From NCBI GenBank assembly GCA_040954595.2, contig CM082592.2, forward strand, positions 8,729,677 through 8,793,676: 64,000 nt of DNA, written 5' to 3'. Numbering within the stretch: the first letter of the stretch is position 1; each line of letters begins with the position of its first letter. Below are positions 40,263 through 52,000 of the stretch, piece by piece. The notes below the pieces were generated by a model. That model saw nothing but the letters and a program-made list of their open reading frames with translations, ran no database searches and was not told the origin of the DNA. This DNA is from Balanoglossus misakiensis (Eukaryota; Animalia; Hemichordata). The position numbers and the translations under genes are program-made.

Positions 40263-40320
40263 CAAACAAACAAACAAACAAACAAACAAACAAACAAACA
40301 AATAAATAAATAAATAATAA
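40263..40320. repeat. (CAAA)n(TAAA)n microsatellite
   Basis: About ten CAAA units followed by TAAA units. Confidence 0.95.
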
Positions 40321-41036
40321 AACAAAAACATTATCCGAAATTGATGAAAAATCTAATTGACCTAACTCCTCCTCCATTGCCAAGGTCAACTTGCCTGCAT
40401 TACACACTCAGCTTCTGAACAGCAGGCATGGAAATCAGTTTGTACAGCAGCTTGAATCTGCTTCTCCGCTAGACTTGCATGCTCAGCTCAGCAGTTGCCG
40501 TTTTCTGTGACCCCCCAGCCACTGCTGCATGTCCATCTATCAAAGCATGGCACCCAATCCATCACACATTGCTACACACAAAACATACACCGTTACATAC
40601 TGTCACAGAATCACTCACACTAAATAAAGACGAGCAACACAAAATGAACTATTTTGTTGAAAACGTTTGACCATCTATTCCACATAGAGTTCATCTACAA
40701 TGAAAGAAATACTTCTTATGATTACAGAAATTGTGAAATAGACTCCTGGAATCAAAAGCCTGACAACCCTCACATTTTTCTCTCTCCAAATCTCTCTGCT
40801 ATATCTTTACACAAAATAATAAATACAAATGTATATAAAAACTCTGTTGAATGCACCTTTGACATGAATCACACCAATTTTAATCCACCTCAACTAGTTT
40901 CGGTGCATGTTATTTCATTAAACAGTGAGTGGCGATTTATATTATGTGCAGTTGTCCTCAAAATACATCTTTTTATATGGAGAATGAAAAATATACATTT
41001 ATTTTTTTGTCTAATTCTTGGAAATGAAAAATTTCC

Positions 41037-41167
41037 CTACACTTCAACCCCAATATTGATTCTTTTTTTTTCTGTTTCTTCTTCTGATATTGCTTCAAGA
41101 CCAGGCTTTTCGTGGATTGTTAGAAAACCTTCTAATTGGTGGAAAATTTGTTGGAAGTTGAAAGGCG
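41037..41167 (-). CDS. Candidate alternative terminal exon B of the bHLH-ZIP gene
   Basis: Acceptor ctcttcttttttttag. The phase-1 frame reads PFNFQQIFHQLEGFLTIHEKPGLEAISEEETEKKRINIGVEV*. Minus-strand AATAAA at 41003-40998. Confidence 0.35.
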
Positions 41168-41267
41168 CTAAAAAAAAGAAGAGCTTGGCCATTTGACACT
41201 GGAGTTAAATGCACACTACTCTGTTCTTTCTTATACAGTGTGGTTACAAAAATTTAAATTGGCACAT

Positions 41268-41273
41268 TTTATT
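41268..41273 (-). terminator. Candidate polyadenylation signal for terminal exon A
   Basis: tttatt on the plus strand (AATAAA on minus), ~1.7 kb downstream of the exon A stop codon. Confidence 0.35.
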
Positions 41274-42260
41274 CGTTCAAGTATTTAAACCATAGATGGA
41301 ATTGTGATAACTGTTGGCAGGGGCAACAAGAAACTGCAGTGGCAACATGGCCGCCTTGGAAACATGACCATTGATACCATTGCCATGACAACCTAGAACT
41401 ACTGAGCAGCAGGCACTACAGTGGTTTGGACAAACATAATAATATTCTGGAGAGAATAATGAACTATACAGAAATGCATTTGGTCACTTTTTTGTTGGCA
41501 GCCTCCAGTAATTCTTCCTCAAAATGTGTACCCCCTTAAAACAACAGTATTCCAAAAATGTGTTTCACCATAATTACTGTTACAATATCCGAACATCATA
41601 CACACAATCTAAGAAAAGGGTTATTTTTCTTCCAAATGTACCGTTAATACTGCTGTGCATCAAAAAATAAAGTTTACACAACATGGACACACATTTCAAC
41701 AATTTCACTTAGTCAATTATGCACTAAAAAGTCACGAAAAAATCTCCAATGACTGGGCCTCCTGTCCCTTGCCCAGATATGATCCCTTTAAAATATAGAA
41801 ATATTTACATTAAACGTGTACTCTTCTGGAAGAAACCCTGTCGACCCCTTTGACTTAAATGGTATAGTCCAACCACACAATGACTTTTGGCTTGGCAGAG
41901 AAGTTACACATCTCTAAATAGGAAGAGAGAAAAAAAAGACCTATCTGTGAGCTTGCACGGTAACTTCCATTTTTTTGAAAAACTTGGCAGCATGTGTAAC
42001 TTCTCTTTGTGATTGATTGCATATAGTTTGGAAGAACTGCAACATTATTTTTGTGTGTGAAAATATTTGCATGTCTGCTCTTTCAGACTACAAAAGGATA
42101 AAGCTTATATTGCAGCATTACTATTTTGCTCAATAATACAAAAATAAATCACTGGAGAAAAGACAAAGTTTGCACATTCTGAAATACATAACCTGTCACA
42201 CTTCACAGAGAACGAATAGCTCTAAAAATTCAAGTCATATGATTGGCTGGCCAGCTACTG

Positions 42261-42329
42261 TTAGACCCCTTAACTTGGCAGATGTTCATTAGACCTCTTA
42301 ACTTGGCAGACGTTAATTAACTCTGGCAA
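42261..42329. repeat. ~28-bp tandem duplication (two copies plus a partial)
   Basis: ttagaccccttaacttggcagatgttca / ttagacctcttaacttggcagacgttaa / ttaactctggca. Confidence 0.8.
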
Positions 42330-42676
42330 TTTGTACTTAAAAAAACTACATGGTAAAATAACAAATGACTTCCATTTGATGAGACAAAAAAATTCAAGAT
42401 TTCAGTGAAATTTCTAGTGTGACATGCATGGTACTCATGCAGGCATGGAACAAAATTCTGGTGATTTTTTTTTAATCTACAAGTATTTACATTTATACAC
42501 AATTCAGAGAAATATAAGCCTACAATTTCCCGTAAGAATAACAAATTAGTTTAAACAAAATGAAAAGCCTCAAGTGCTGGAAAAAAAAATTACTCTATAT
42601 AACAATACAAAAAAGACAGAACACTGTTCCCGGATTTGTCATTGGTCAAGTTTGATCATGTGATTATCATTTATTA

Positions 42677-42695
42677 TCTCTCTCTCTCTCTCTCT
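42677..42695. repeat. (TC)n microsatellite
   Basis: Direct read of a tctctc run. Confidence 0.85.
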
Positions 42696-42990
42696 GATTG
42701 TATATTTGTTTGTTCTTGATTCAAAGTCAGCTGAACACGAATATCCATCAATTTTGGCATGTGTATGACTGTGTACTCTTTTCCGTAGGTTGGCAATAAA
42801 TCCTTTCCGGAAGCCCTTAATAGTCCGTCTTGAGGGCCATTTTGCGGGAAATAATAAACTGGAAACTGTTTGTTGTTCTCCATCCACAGAGCTGTTGTAA
42901 GTCACCACTTCACCTTTCCTCATAAGGTGGCATATAATGTAAGGTCACGATTGGCTTCGTTGTGCAAGTCATGTGACTCCCATGTGATCA

Positions 42991-43079
42991 TCATGTGACA
43001 AAGTTTCTGCATATTTTGCATTGCTCTACAGCTAAAACTGGCTGGTTGGTCGAGGGGTAACCTTCATCAGGGTATTTTA
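42991..43079 (-). CDS. Probable terminal coding exon A of the bHLH-ZIP gene
   Basis: Strong acceptor ttttttttatatttctcctccacag. Reads SKIP* in phase 2 or VKYPDEGYPSTNQPVLAVEQCKICRNFVT* in phase 1. Confidence 0.55.
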
Positions 43080-46000
43080 CTGTGGAGGAGAAATATAAAA
43101 AAAAAAATTAATAAAAGTTTGACTTTTGTAGCGGTGACAATCTCCTCTGTTGACGCTGAAACTTATCTTCGTCTTTTGACCACAGCACTGAACTCAAACT
43201 AAACAACGCACTGATGTCTTGGGCATTTTGTAACCACAAAACCTTTCAAGTTATCTTTTCACACTGTAGATGTTACTGCTGTATAACTATAAAATTCGTT
43301 TCCACAATGCCAAGCAAACAAAAAAATCAAACAGGAGTTTCAATCTCAGAGAGTGATTTCCCTGCCTTTTCCACAAACACATTAGAAACAATATTTTAAC
43401 AGCTGCCATTGTGAAATTCAATAAAAGTCTGCCTAATGACCAAGACGTAATGTTCAAGACTCACGCCTCCTTTTGTCAGATCAGTTTTAAAATGCGTGAA
43501 AGTCACTGACTACAATAGGGTGGCTACAATGGAAACGTCTCGGAAAGTGCAACGTCTTTGCTGAAACTCTGTTGACAAATAAGATCTACCATTTTGTGTG
43601 TGACACAGCCATCTCAACAAAGACTACAATGCTTGTCGAGTGTGTGAAGGAATTTGCACTACATCAGTAATTACACTGGCCAGGACACGAATCTTATGAT
43701 AATAGTGACATCACAATTTGCTGGAGCTTGCCCCCCACTGGAAATGCATGAGCTTTGAACTTAATTAGCATATGCAAGATTTCATTTGTTTGCTGTCATG
43801 ATTCAGCAAGAACATGACATTGCTTTTGACATGTAATTTGTTAGAAGTCTCTTGGAAAAAGTAAAACGAGAAATTTTACATTGAAAAAAGACTACATGTA
43901 CCAGGTTAATACTGGGACACATACTACCGTTTTCAAACCATTTATCTTTGTGTCTGTCATTCTGAATACAATACAAATTTCAAATTCAATCCAATCCATT
44001 AAAATACAATACAGTACAATACAATACAATGCAATACACAGCAATATAATACAACCCTCACCTAATAAGTTCACATTCCTGTCGGAGTAAACTGATTTCA
44101 TCCTGTAATCTGTGGTTGCAGTTCTTCAGTGAATCAAGCTCCTCAGCACACTGAAAATAAGCAAACATAACATGGGAATGAGTTTCTGAGCACGACAAAA
44201 TTAACGCAAATAATTTACTATGCTTTTGGTTACGCCATGATTACTTTCAACCTATCTTCATTACGGGATTATAGATTGGCAATGAAGAGAAATATGCATT
44301 GCTGTAATTTTTTAGCTTTTTTACGCTCTGAGGAGATTTCCAATGAGCTATTAAAAGGAGGGGATGCCAAACTTCCTGGTAAATTAAATCCTTGCTTCGA
44401 GCTGTTAGCATCAATAAAAACAGAGAAATTTACAGTATTTTTTTGTCAATGATCACAAATGCGCGTTTTTACATCTTGCAACTTGGACCTCCTCATCAAA
44501 CGTGAAATGCAAAGTCAAAAGGTTGATGCTGCACTTCCCAAATCATGCCAAATTTACGGTTCTCTGTAAACCATTGTGACAATTTAACGCGAATGGACGT
44601 TAAAACGAACCTATAAAGAAAAGATCAGCTCGGTTTATGATCCTTCCTGAATGTGCAAATAATGACCTCTGACCCCGGTATGGTAATTCTCCTGTGGAAT
44701 TTTTAATGCTTTGCCGCAGAGAGTTTATTGTTAGTTGTAATTCTTTGCTCTTTTCCTGAAGTATATAATTAGAGCCTTCTTTTCTTGGCAGACAGCTAAC
44801 AACATTAACAATTAGTTGGTTTTTACGGGCGCACTCGTACTGGATCCGACACATTCCTCTTTTTAATGTGTACATTAGAGGCATTTTCCGTCACATGCCT
44901 GAGAATTAATCAGACTTTTACATCACACATTTATTTCCCCTGAATTTAATTGAGTACCACAGTTTTTGTACCTGTAGTTTGTTTATAACTAGGAGTACGT
45001 GCTTGCTGTATATCTTAAATCCATCCGGCATTTTCCCCCCATAATCTTCATCAGCCTGATTGATGACAAAAACCTTGATTTAGGATTAATATCTCCCCTT
45101 TAATCTGACCAAATGTGATACAATCATTGTAAGAGATGAGGGGCAAAACTACATTAAACTAATTGATTTCCCCACTTACAAAAATTTCATAACAAGATTT
45201 TTTTTATTTTACAGATCTACAACTTTGGACTACCATACATCATATCTCCCTGTAAGAAGACCCTCGCATAAATGCAGGAGTTAGTGAGGGCCCTGAAAGT
45301 GGGAACAAACTTCTTTTGTATAAATGAATGGGATAAACCATCAAAAAGGTAATATCTGCAATAATTTTTACATAAAGATGGTGATTCTAGAGATATGAAT
45401 TTGCTCTTGTTGGCATGGCAACACACGAGAACCAAGAAAGATGAGGATCCTCCATTTCAAAGATTGTACAGGTTTGATTTGAACGTTCCGGCGAGGTTGA
45501 CTGCAGTAATAATTTCCCCACTATGGAGTGAAATCAACTAGGGTTGGAGAGGGCCCTCACAGGTTGATGCAGTAGCTACCACGTCAAACGAGAGAAAACC
45601 CAATTTTTTTTTCCAAGTTTCATTTTTTACTGGAAATCTCCACGGTTTCAAGTAGCCTGGCTGGGGCTGGCAGGGCGTCTCACTCGACAAACGTGATGAC
45701 TCAATGATGATTTTGCTTGATAAATGTTTCTGTCTGTCATATCTCTCATGCCGGGATTTGTAAATTCGACTCATATATCACCTGTCTCGTGTACCTGATT
45801 TTTAGCAACAAGCCCGGTTTAATCCCCGAGTCAACCCCTGCTTGCACCCCAAGGAGGTTTTTTTATCAGCATTCCCAGATTTCGTGAATGGAAAGCCAGC
45901 TTAGTGTCCCCCCAAATTTCCATGAATTTCTGAATAAATTATAAAAACAAAACGATACTGTGATTTCAGGTGGGGGTGGGGAGGGGGGGGCTGCTCTTGC

Positions 46001-49000
46001 CAGGAAAAATATGACCCCTCTTTGTACGGAATTAACCACTCTGCTTTGCTCTTCTACAGCAATTGGTGACTGGGTTGAGCAATTGCTTCCGTTGTACAAC
46101 ACAAGAATAATTACTCGTGACATGGACTGCTTTGTGCACTGTATCATGCCCCCTGGCAGAATTTCAGCGGAATACTTCTTAATGTGCGTGCTTTCCAAAC
46201 TATCGGCATTCCGACGACTAATCTCCGAGCACTCTGTCTCGCATTTTCCCCGATTTTTTATTGTAACATGTACGGGTAATGCGATAGCCGCAAAAGGCTA
46301 ACATATCGACTGGGACCAAATTTTCGTAATATAAGACCGTCAAAATATTCGCATCAAGGGTGATCTATTTTCATTTACTGTTGTGCCTGCATGCTACGCT
46401 ACTAAAACTCGCATTTTTGTTCTTTTATCGGCCACAAAACAAGGGCACACAAAAAGAGCTGTTATTTTAATGAATTTGAAAACTATATGCATTTCCTGGT
46501 TATTACTCCTGCCCTATATTTCAAATTACCTGTCACAGATTTCAGAACAAAAGAAATTATCAGGGTTTCTGCGGGTAGCTCATTACTGACGCTGAATGTC
46601 CTTATCAGTTCAAGGGAAGGAAGAGATTCCGGAACAGCTAGACAGTGGAGGATCATTTACCTGATTTCAAACAAGGGAGAGAATTGATTTTTAAAAAACC
46701 TGTAATATCTTCACGGACACACGAAAACATGCGAACAGCTAATGCAGGTAGTTGAGACAAGACCCCCCGACGGTCGTAAAATTTGTGGTTCTGAAAGTAT
46801 GGGGTGGCGGGAGGGAGAACGAAGTTACAAGTCATTGATTACTGCTGCAAAGTGGTTCCACGGAAACAACTTTGTCTCTGCATTAACTGTGATGTTGCCA
46901 AAACATAATGCTGGAAAATCCCCTCAGATGCGCAATTACACATGAGACCGGGCTTAGGCATAATTTGAGTCATCGTTGTGGCTTATTTCTTGGTCTGTTT
47001 TGCCCGTTCTCCTGGGACGAGCAGTGTTTAATGCACCGGCTGAAGAAAAAAAGCGTCAACTTCCCCTCAGATTGCAAAAAAATAAAAGCTGGCCATATAT
47101 TACGGGCACTTTTGAAGAGTGCTCGGCAAGAGCTCCCCACGGCAAGACATCAAATTTTTGCAATTTTCTCAGTGACTACGTTGGTTAATTTTAATGGAAA
47201 GAATTTTTTCCCCCATCAGAGACGAAGTTAGACACGTCTCAAAACCCTCGTTCCCCCGAAAAAGAAAAAAAAAATAATTTCAACCACGGCAAGGCAAACA
47301 CCATTACATTTGATGGTATTTAAATGAGGACACGGGAGGTATCTTCCTACATACGAGTCAAATTACACTCATTATTATTTGTGGATTCATAAAACGTTAA
47401 TTGACGGTTGCTGTAAATGAAACATACAAGTCGGTGGATGCGCGATGCAAATGTACGACACAGGCAGGAGGTTTTAAGAGAAAGAGACGGATTATAATGA
47501 TTTTTTTTTCATATGGTGATGTTACGATGCCGTAATGGCGATGAGCTCGGATGATGAGGGATAAGGAAAGGGGGCAATGATACAGCCTGCCCATGAATCT
47601 GTAATGCACCATGTCATTAAAATTTCAGGTTTCCCTGTTATCTCTCCAACAATTACAAGTTTAAATTCATATCTGACTTCTGACAGACACGCAGACCTCA
47701 TCTAAGGCTTTTCCTTTCATCTCCTTTCCCGTCATACTTCCAACGGTCACGTCTTGGTATATATAATCTCAATTATCAAAATGAGAAAAAAAAGGCGATT
47801 TCGTTGGGGATTAACATTTGAGAGTACAGATTGCTTTGCAGATAGTAATTTGAGTTACGTTAATATTCCCCCCAAAATGTTTCAAAATTTTAATCTTTTC
47901 TCTGGCGTTATTTTTTTTTCCTTTGCACCGTGTAGCATTACATCTCAGCTGTACCTATATCATGATTTCGGGCTGCAAATGGGCATACTGCATCAAGACA
48001 CTCAGGGAGTTCGTTTTTTTCCCATGAAGCGATCTGCAATTTTTAGATTTAAAAAAAAATCTGTACAGAGAAGACACGCACAGTTGGGCCACCGGAGTAA
48101 ATTTTCTTCCATCTTCTTGTTTCTTCTTTTCCCTTTTTTTTCCTCTTTCTGCGTAGATTGATGAGGTAACCAGGGGGGACTGGTAATGTAGTTGGTTGTT
48201 TTTCCGGTAACCATCTCTTATCTACATCACTGGAGGGGTTTCAGCTCTGATGTCAGTTCAAAAGACTTACGACAATACTGCTTCGAGAAAGCACAGTCCC
48301 TCAACTTATTTTGGGCGGATTTCTTGCATGATAAGAAATCTTGTTGGTTTTTTCTTTGTTTCACGTGAAACATATTGCCCCCCAAAATGATGTTTCTCGA
48401 TGAACCGCACGATTTATGTATCATCGCATCGTACGTCTCCTCGGTCGAGCAAATGAGTGAGTATAATTATGTAAATTTGGTTCCGGAAAAATCCATGTGA
48501 TTATGGAATTTTGCCGGGGAAAATCCGGCACCTGGAGGGATAAGTCACCATGGGCAATCCCGGAATAATCAGGAGTGAATTAAATGTGGGAATTCTAAAT
48601 GCATCGTGGGAATTGGTACCTAATAGATAAGATAGGAAAGATAGAGCTGTGATTTCAAGACCATCTCTGATGCATACCTTTACTTTGCTATTCAAATCCC
48701 ATGACTACAGATCTTCTCCTAAATAGTTTTTTCTCCTCAAATTCAGAGTATTCCATCAATTCTCCCACAAATTGTTTCCATTCTGGATTAAAATATCACA
48801 AAGTGGTGTGGACATGCGAATTTCATCAAAAAAGGCAATGTACATTTTGTGTAGGTTTTCGTCCATCTTTCATAATTTCTTGTGTCGTTTAGGAAAACGA
48901 CTGATTCATAGATTTGTGATATTCTAAGCTGGAACTACAGAGCCAAAATATTACATCACTTTTTGTCTGTGGCACATCACCACAAAGTGTGTTCTTTCTT

Positions 49001-52000
49001 TTATTTTATGAATACACAAAATTATTCCATGTGATAGACATCTTTTGAATCAATCCTACGAATTACAAAAAGTTTAGCCGACAAAATGTAGGTGCAACAT
49101 TTTCCTACCTCAATAAGACAAAGAAAGTTTGCATCTCATGAATAAGAGTTCGACACTCGCAAAAAAGTAGGGGGTTTGTTAATGTGGATGCATGCGACCA
49201 AGATAGCTTGTGGCTTGTTTTTTAATTTTTCAAGAAGCTGAAAAGCTGGTTGCTCCCAAGTGTAACTGCGCAGTAATTGAGAAATTTTGCTGCTTGTAGA
49301 AGGAGCACAGCTTTTAGCATATTTTACGGCTCCTGATGTAGTTCCCGTTACACGAAGTGCGTTTGCCTCGGGTGAAGCAGCTACGAAAAAAAATGGCCGA
49401 TACCTTGCCAGAATTCAGAACACTAATGGAATGCGTGGATACAAAGAAAAAAAAAACAGTTACAGATGACAACTGCACGGATGAAGTTACCGCAGTATCT
49501 TGGGAACATTGCGGGTAAAGGCCTAGGATGTGCTTTTCTACTATTTGCTCTTGACAATTTTTTTTGCTCATCATATATGCCATTATCACTGATTACAATT
49601 GAGGGCTTGAGAATTTTTGTTCGTCAAATCATCGAACTCTTGGGAAAATTAGAAATGACATGGTTTTTCTATTCACTCTGTCAGTCTGACAGATTTTATA
49701 TTTCCAACAGCCTTTGAAATCTCTACTTTAGCGAAACACTTCTACACGCAAACAGATTCTGTGTGACTTTTTGTTTCAATTTTTAAGAAGAAAAAAAAGA
49801 AACAGCCCTAAAATTTAATGAGATTCATAATAAAAATTTTAAGAGCTTGATTTTTTGGTATGAATCAAGAGATACAAACAGGCTCTGTTGTGCGCGACTG
49901 ACATTTGTGAAGACTGACAGTTCGGAAGTATGCAAGTTTGACTTGAAATATATGTCTCCTTCATAGCCCCCCTTAGACAAATGCCGAAATTGCAAATTTC
50001 CAGACCATGGTCCCCAGCCTCGGCAATTCTACAGAAACCAGCCTCTGGCATTTACCAAATTGAAATGTGAATAATGGCTTTCATCTTTGTTCCTATTTGC
50101 AATTCAAACGTCCAAAGTGCAGGCAATCACAGCGATTTTTAACGTGTACCTTGCAGCCGTCATGACATTGTTGGGAAGAGGCTGTAATTTAAATCGCTAC
50201 TTAAAATGGTAACGCGGGTGAAATATGTTCCCCCCCCCCCCCCCAATAAAGAAGCATAATGCGTGTAACAGAACAGCGGTAAAGAACAAACTGGAAGACA
50301 CGCTTCCTTTCAACTGAAGATGACATACAGCAGAACTTATATTAGAGTTCATATTGTTTTGACACTTATCCCGGTACATTTCAGGTGACTTCCTGAGGTT
50401 GGGGAGCTTTTGAATCATCCAATCAGCAGCATTTCACACATCACATGACAACATCTGGACCAATCACACACCAACTCCCAACAACCGCGCCAGACCTTCC
50501 CATTTTCGACAGCTCGAGTGGAACTAAAACCGCACGGGGCAGACTTCAGAATGTTCGCTAGAGCAAACAATTTCTTCATGCGCAATTTCAGAGACGTGGA
50601 ATACATGGCGGACAGACCGGTCCTCGGTGGCCGAGACTCCAAGGAATTTTGCGGTTAAACTCGATCGGAACCTATTTGATTATCAGCAATGTTCATCACA
50701 GTATCAGTGGTGTACATATTTCGAGGCATTAATAATTCAAAACTGGCTTTAACTAACATCAGGCGATAGATGCTGCCGTCAGATATCTCTCCCCCTTATC
50801 GCGGATTACATCCAAACCGATGTAAGTGAGCTTCATTATTGTGGTAATTATAAACTCACGGCTCTTGAAGAGGAACAAAGGTACCATAGCCATACTAGTG
50901 ATCGGATATTTCCACTGCGTTTGGCCACGGTTAATACGACTGCCCTAATGTTTTGTTTTGCATCTAAAGCTTGCATCTTAGCAGTGAGCCATCTGACCAA
51001 TAAAATCTCCTCAAACGAGGACAAAAAAGTTTACGAAACATGAGCAAAGTTTTTGGGATGATGCAGAGAAATTTGTACAGTTCCTCAGCACTTACTAATG
51101 TTTGCTCATAGAGGGCGCACCGCAGGTTGCTGCATGAATATTCATATGTTCTCGGACGTCCACATCAACGCGAGTGTCAATGTCACTGTCACAATGGAGA
51201 GCTGTCCCCGAGACTCGGCGCCGTCTAACGTTACGGTAACTTGAAGCAAGGAGTTTAAACGTGATGTTTGATGGACGTGTGTATTAGCTAGCAAAGTAAA
51301 AAGACTCACTCTGGAAGGTAACATTACCTGCATCAGCAATGAATGGAAAGGGGGGGGGATCTCTTTGCTATTGGGGATAATATTACTCGCCAACACTGTG
51401 AGACTTACGAGAGAGGGACAATGTAATGACAGGTTCTGAACCTTTCAGAGGTTCTCAGGATATCCTGGGTCGGTGAAATAATCAATTCATTCATTCATTG
51501 TTGCTAGTGAGATCACATAAAATGGAAGGTTTAAACAAAACAATATTTAGAAAGATGATGAGCTAGATCTTAATTTATAATGATTATTTCAATAATTTAG
51601 TCTGTGGACCAACTACTTTTTTCTGAGTTCCTGGTGTAGACACTTTGATGACAAAACAAGCGTAACTCTATGACAGACAACAAGGAGATATTTGCAAACA
51701 GCCAGAATCTGCTCGGACGGTTAATGAAAGTGCCAAACTGATACAAGACCCTTCAATTCAAGAACCCCACCGAGCAACTATAAAATCACGTTCAATATCA
51801 GTGAAGTGGGGAATACTGCTTCATAAAGCTGATGTAGTACCATGATGTACTTCAGAGTTTCCATCACAGCAGTTTGACCTTGACAGACTGAGAGCTCCGT
51901 GTCACCATTAAGGTTGCAATGTCTCTGAAATGAAACCTGGTATTGTTTAATAAAATTGAACCACTCATATATTTTCTCAAAAACATTTTCAGAGTTTTCA

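Noticed and set aside
40654-41196. 180-aa plus-strand ORF
   Set aside because: TTG start, AT-rich, no recognisable motif, and it overlaps a candidate minus-strand exon.
44600-44884. Coiled-coil-looking minus ORF (EKSKELQLTINSLRQ)
   Set aside because: No convincing donor in a phase compatible with the zipper exon.
51778-51890. Minus-strand QTAVMETLKYIMVL as the bHLH helix-2 exon
   Set aside because: Exon 53625-53576 has better splice sites and places A-x-x-YI correctly after NVLLR.
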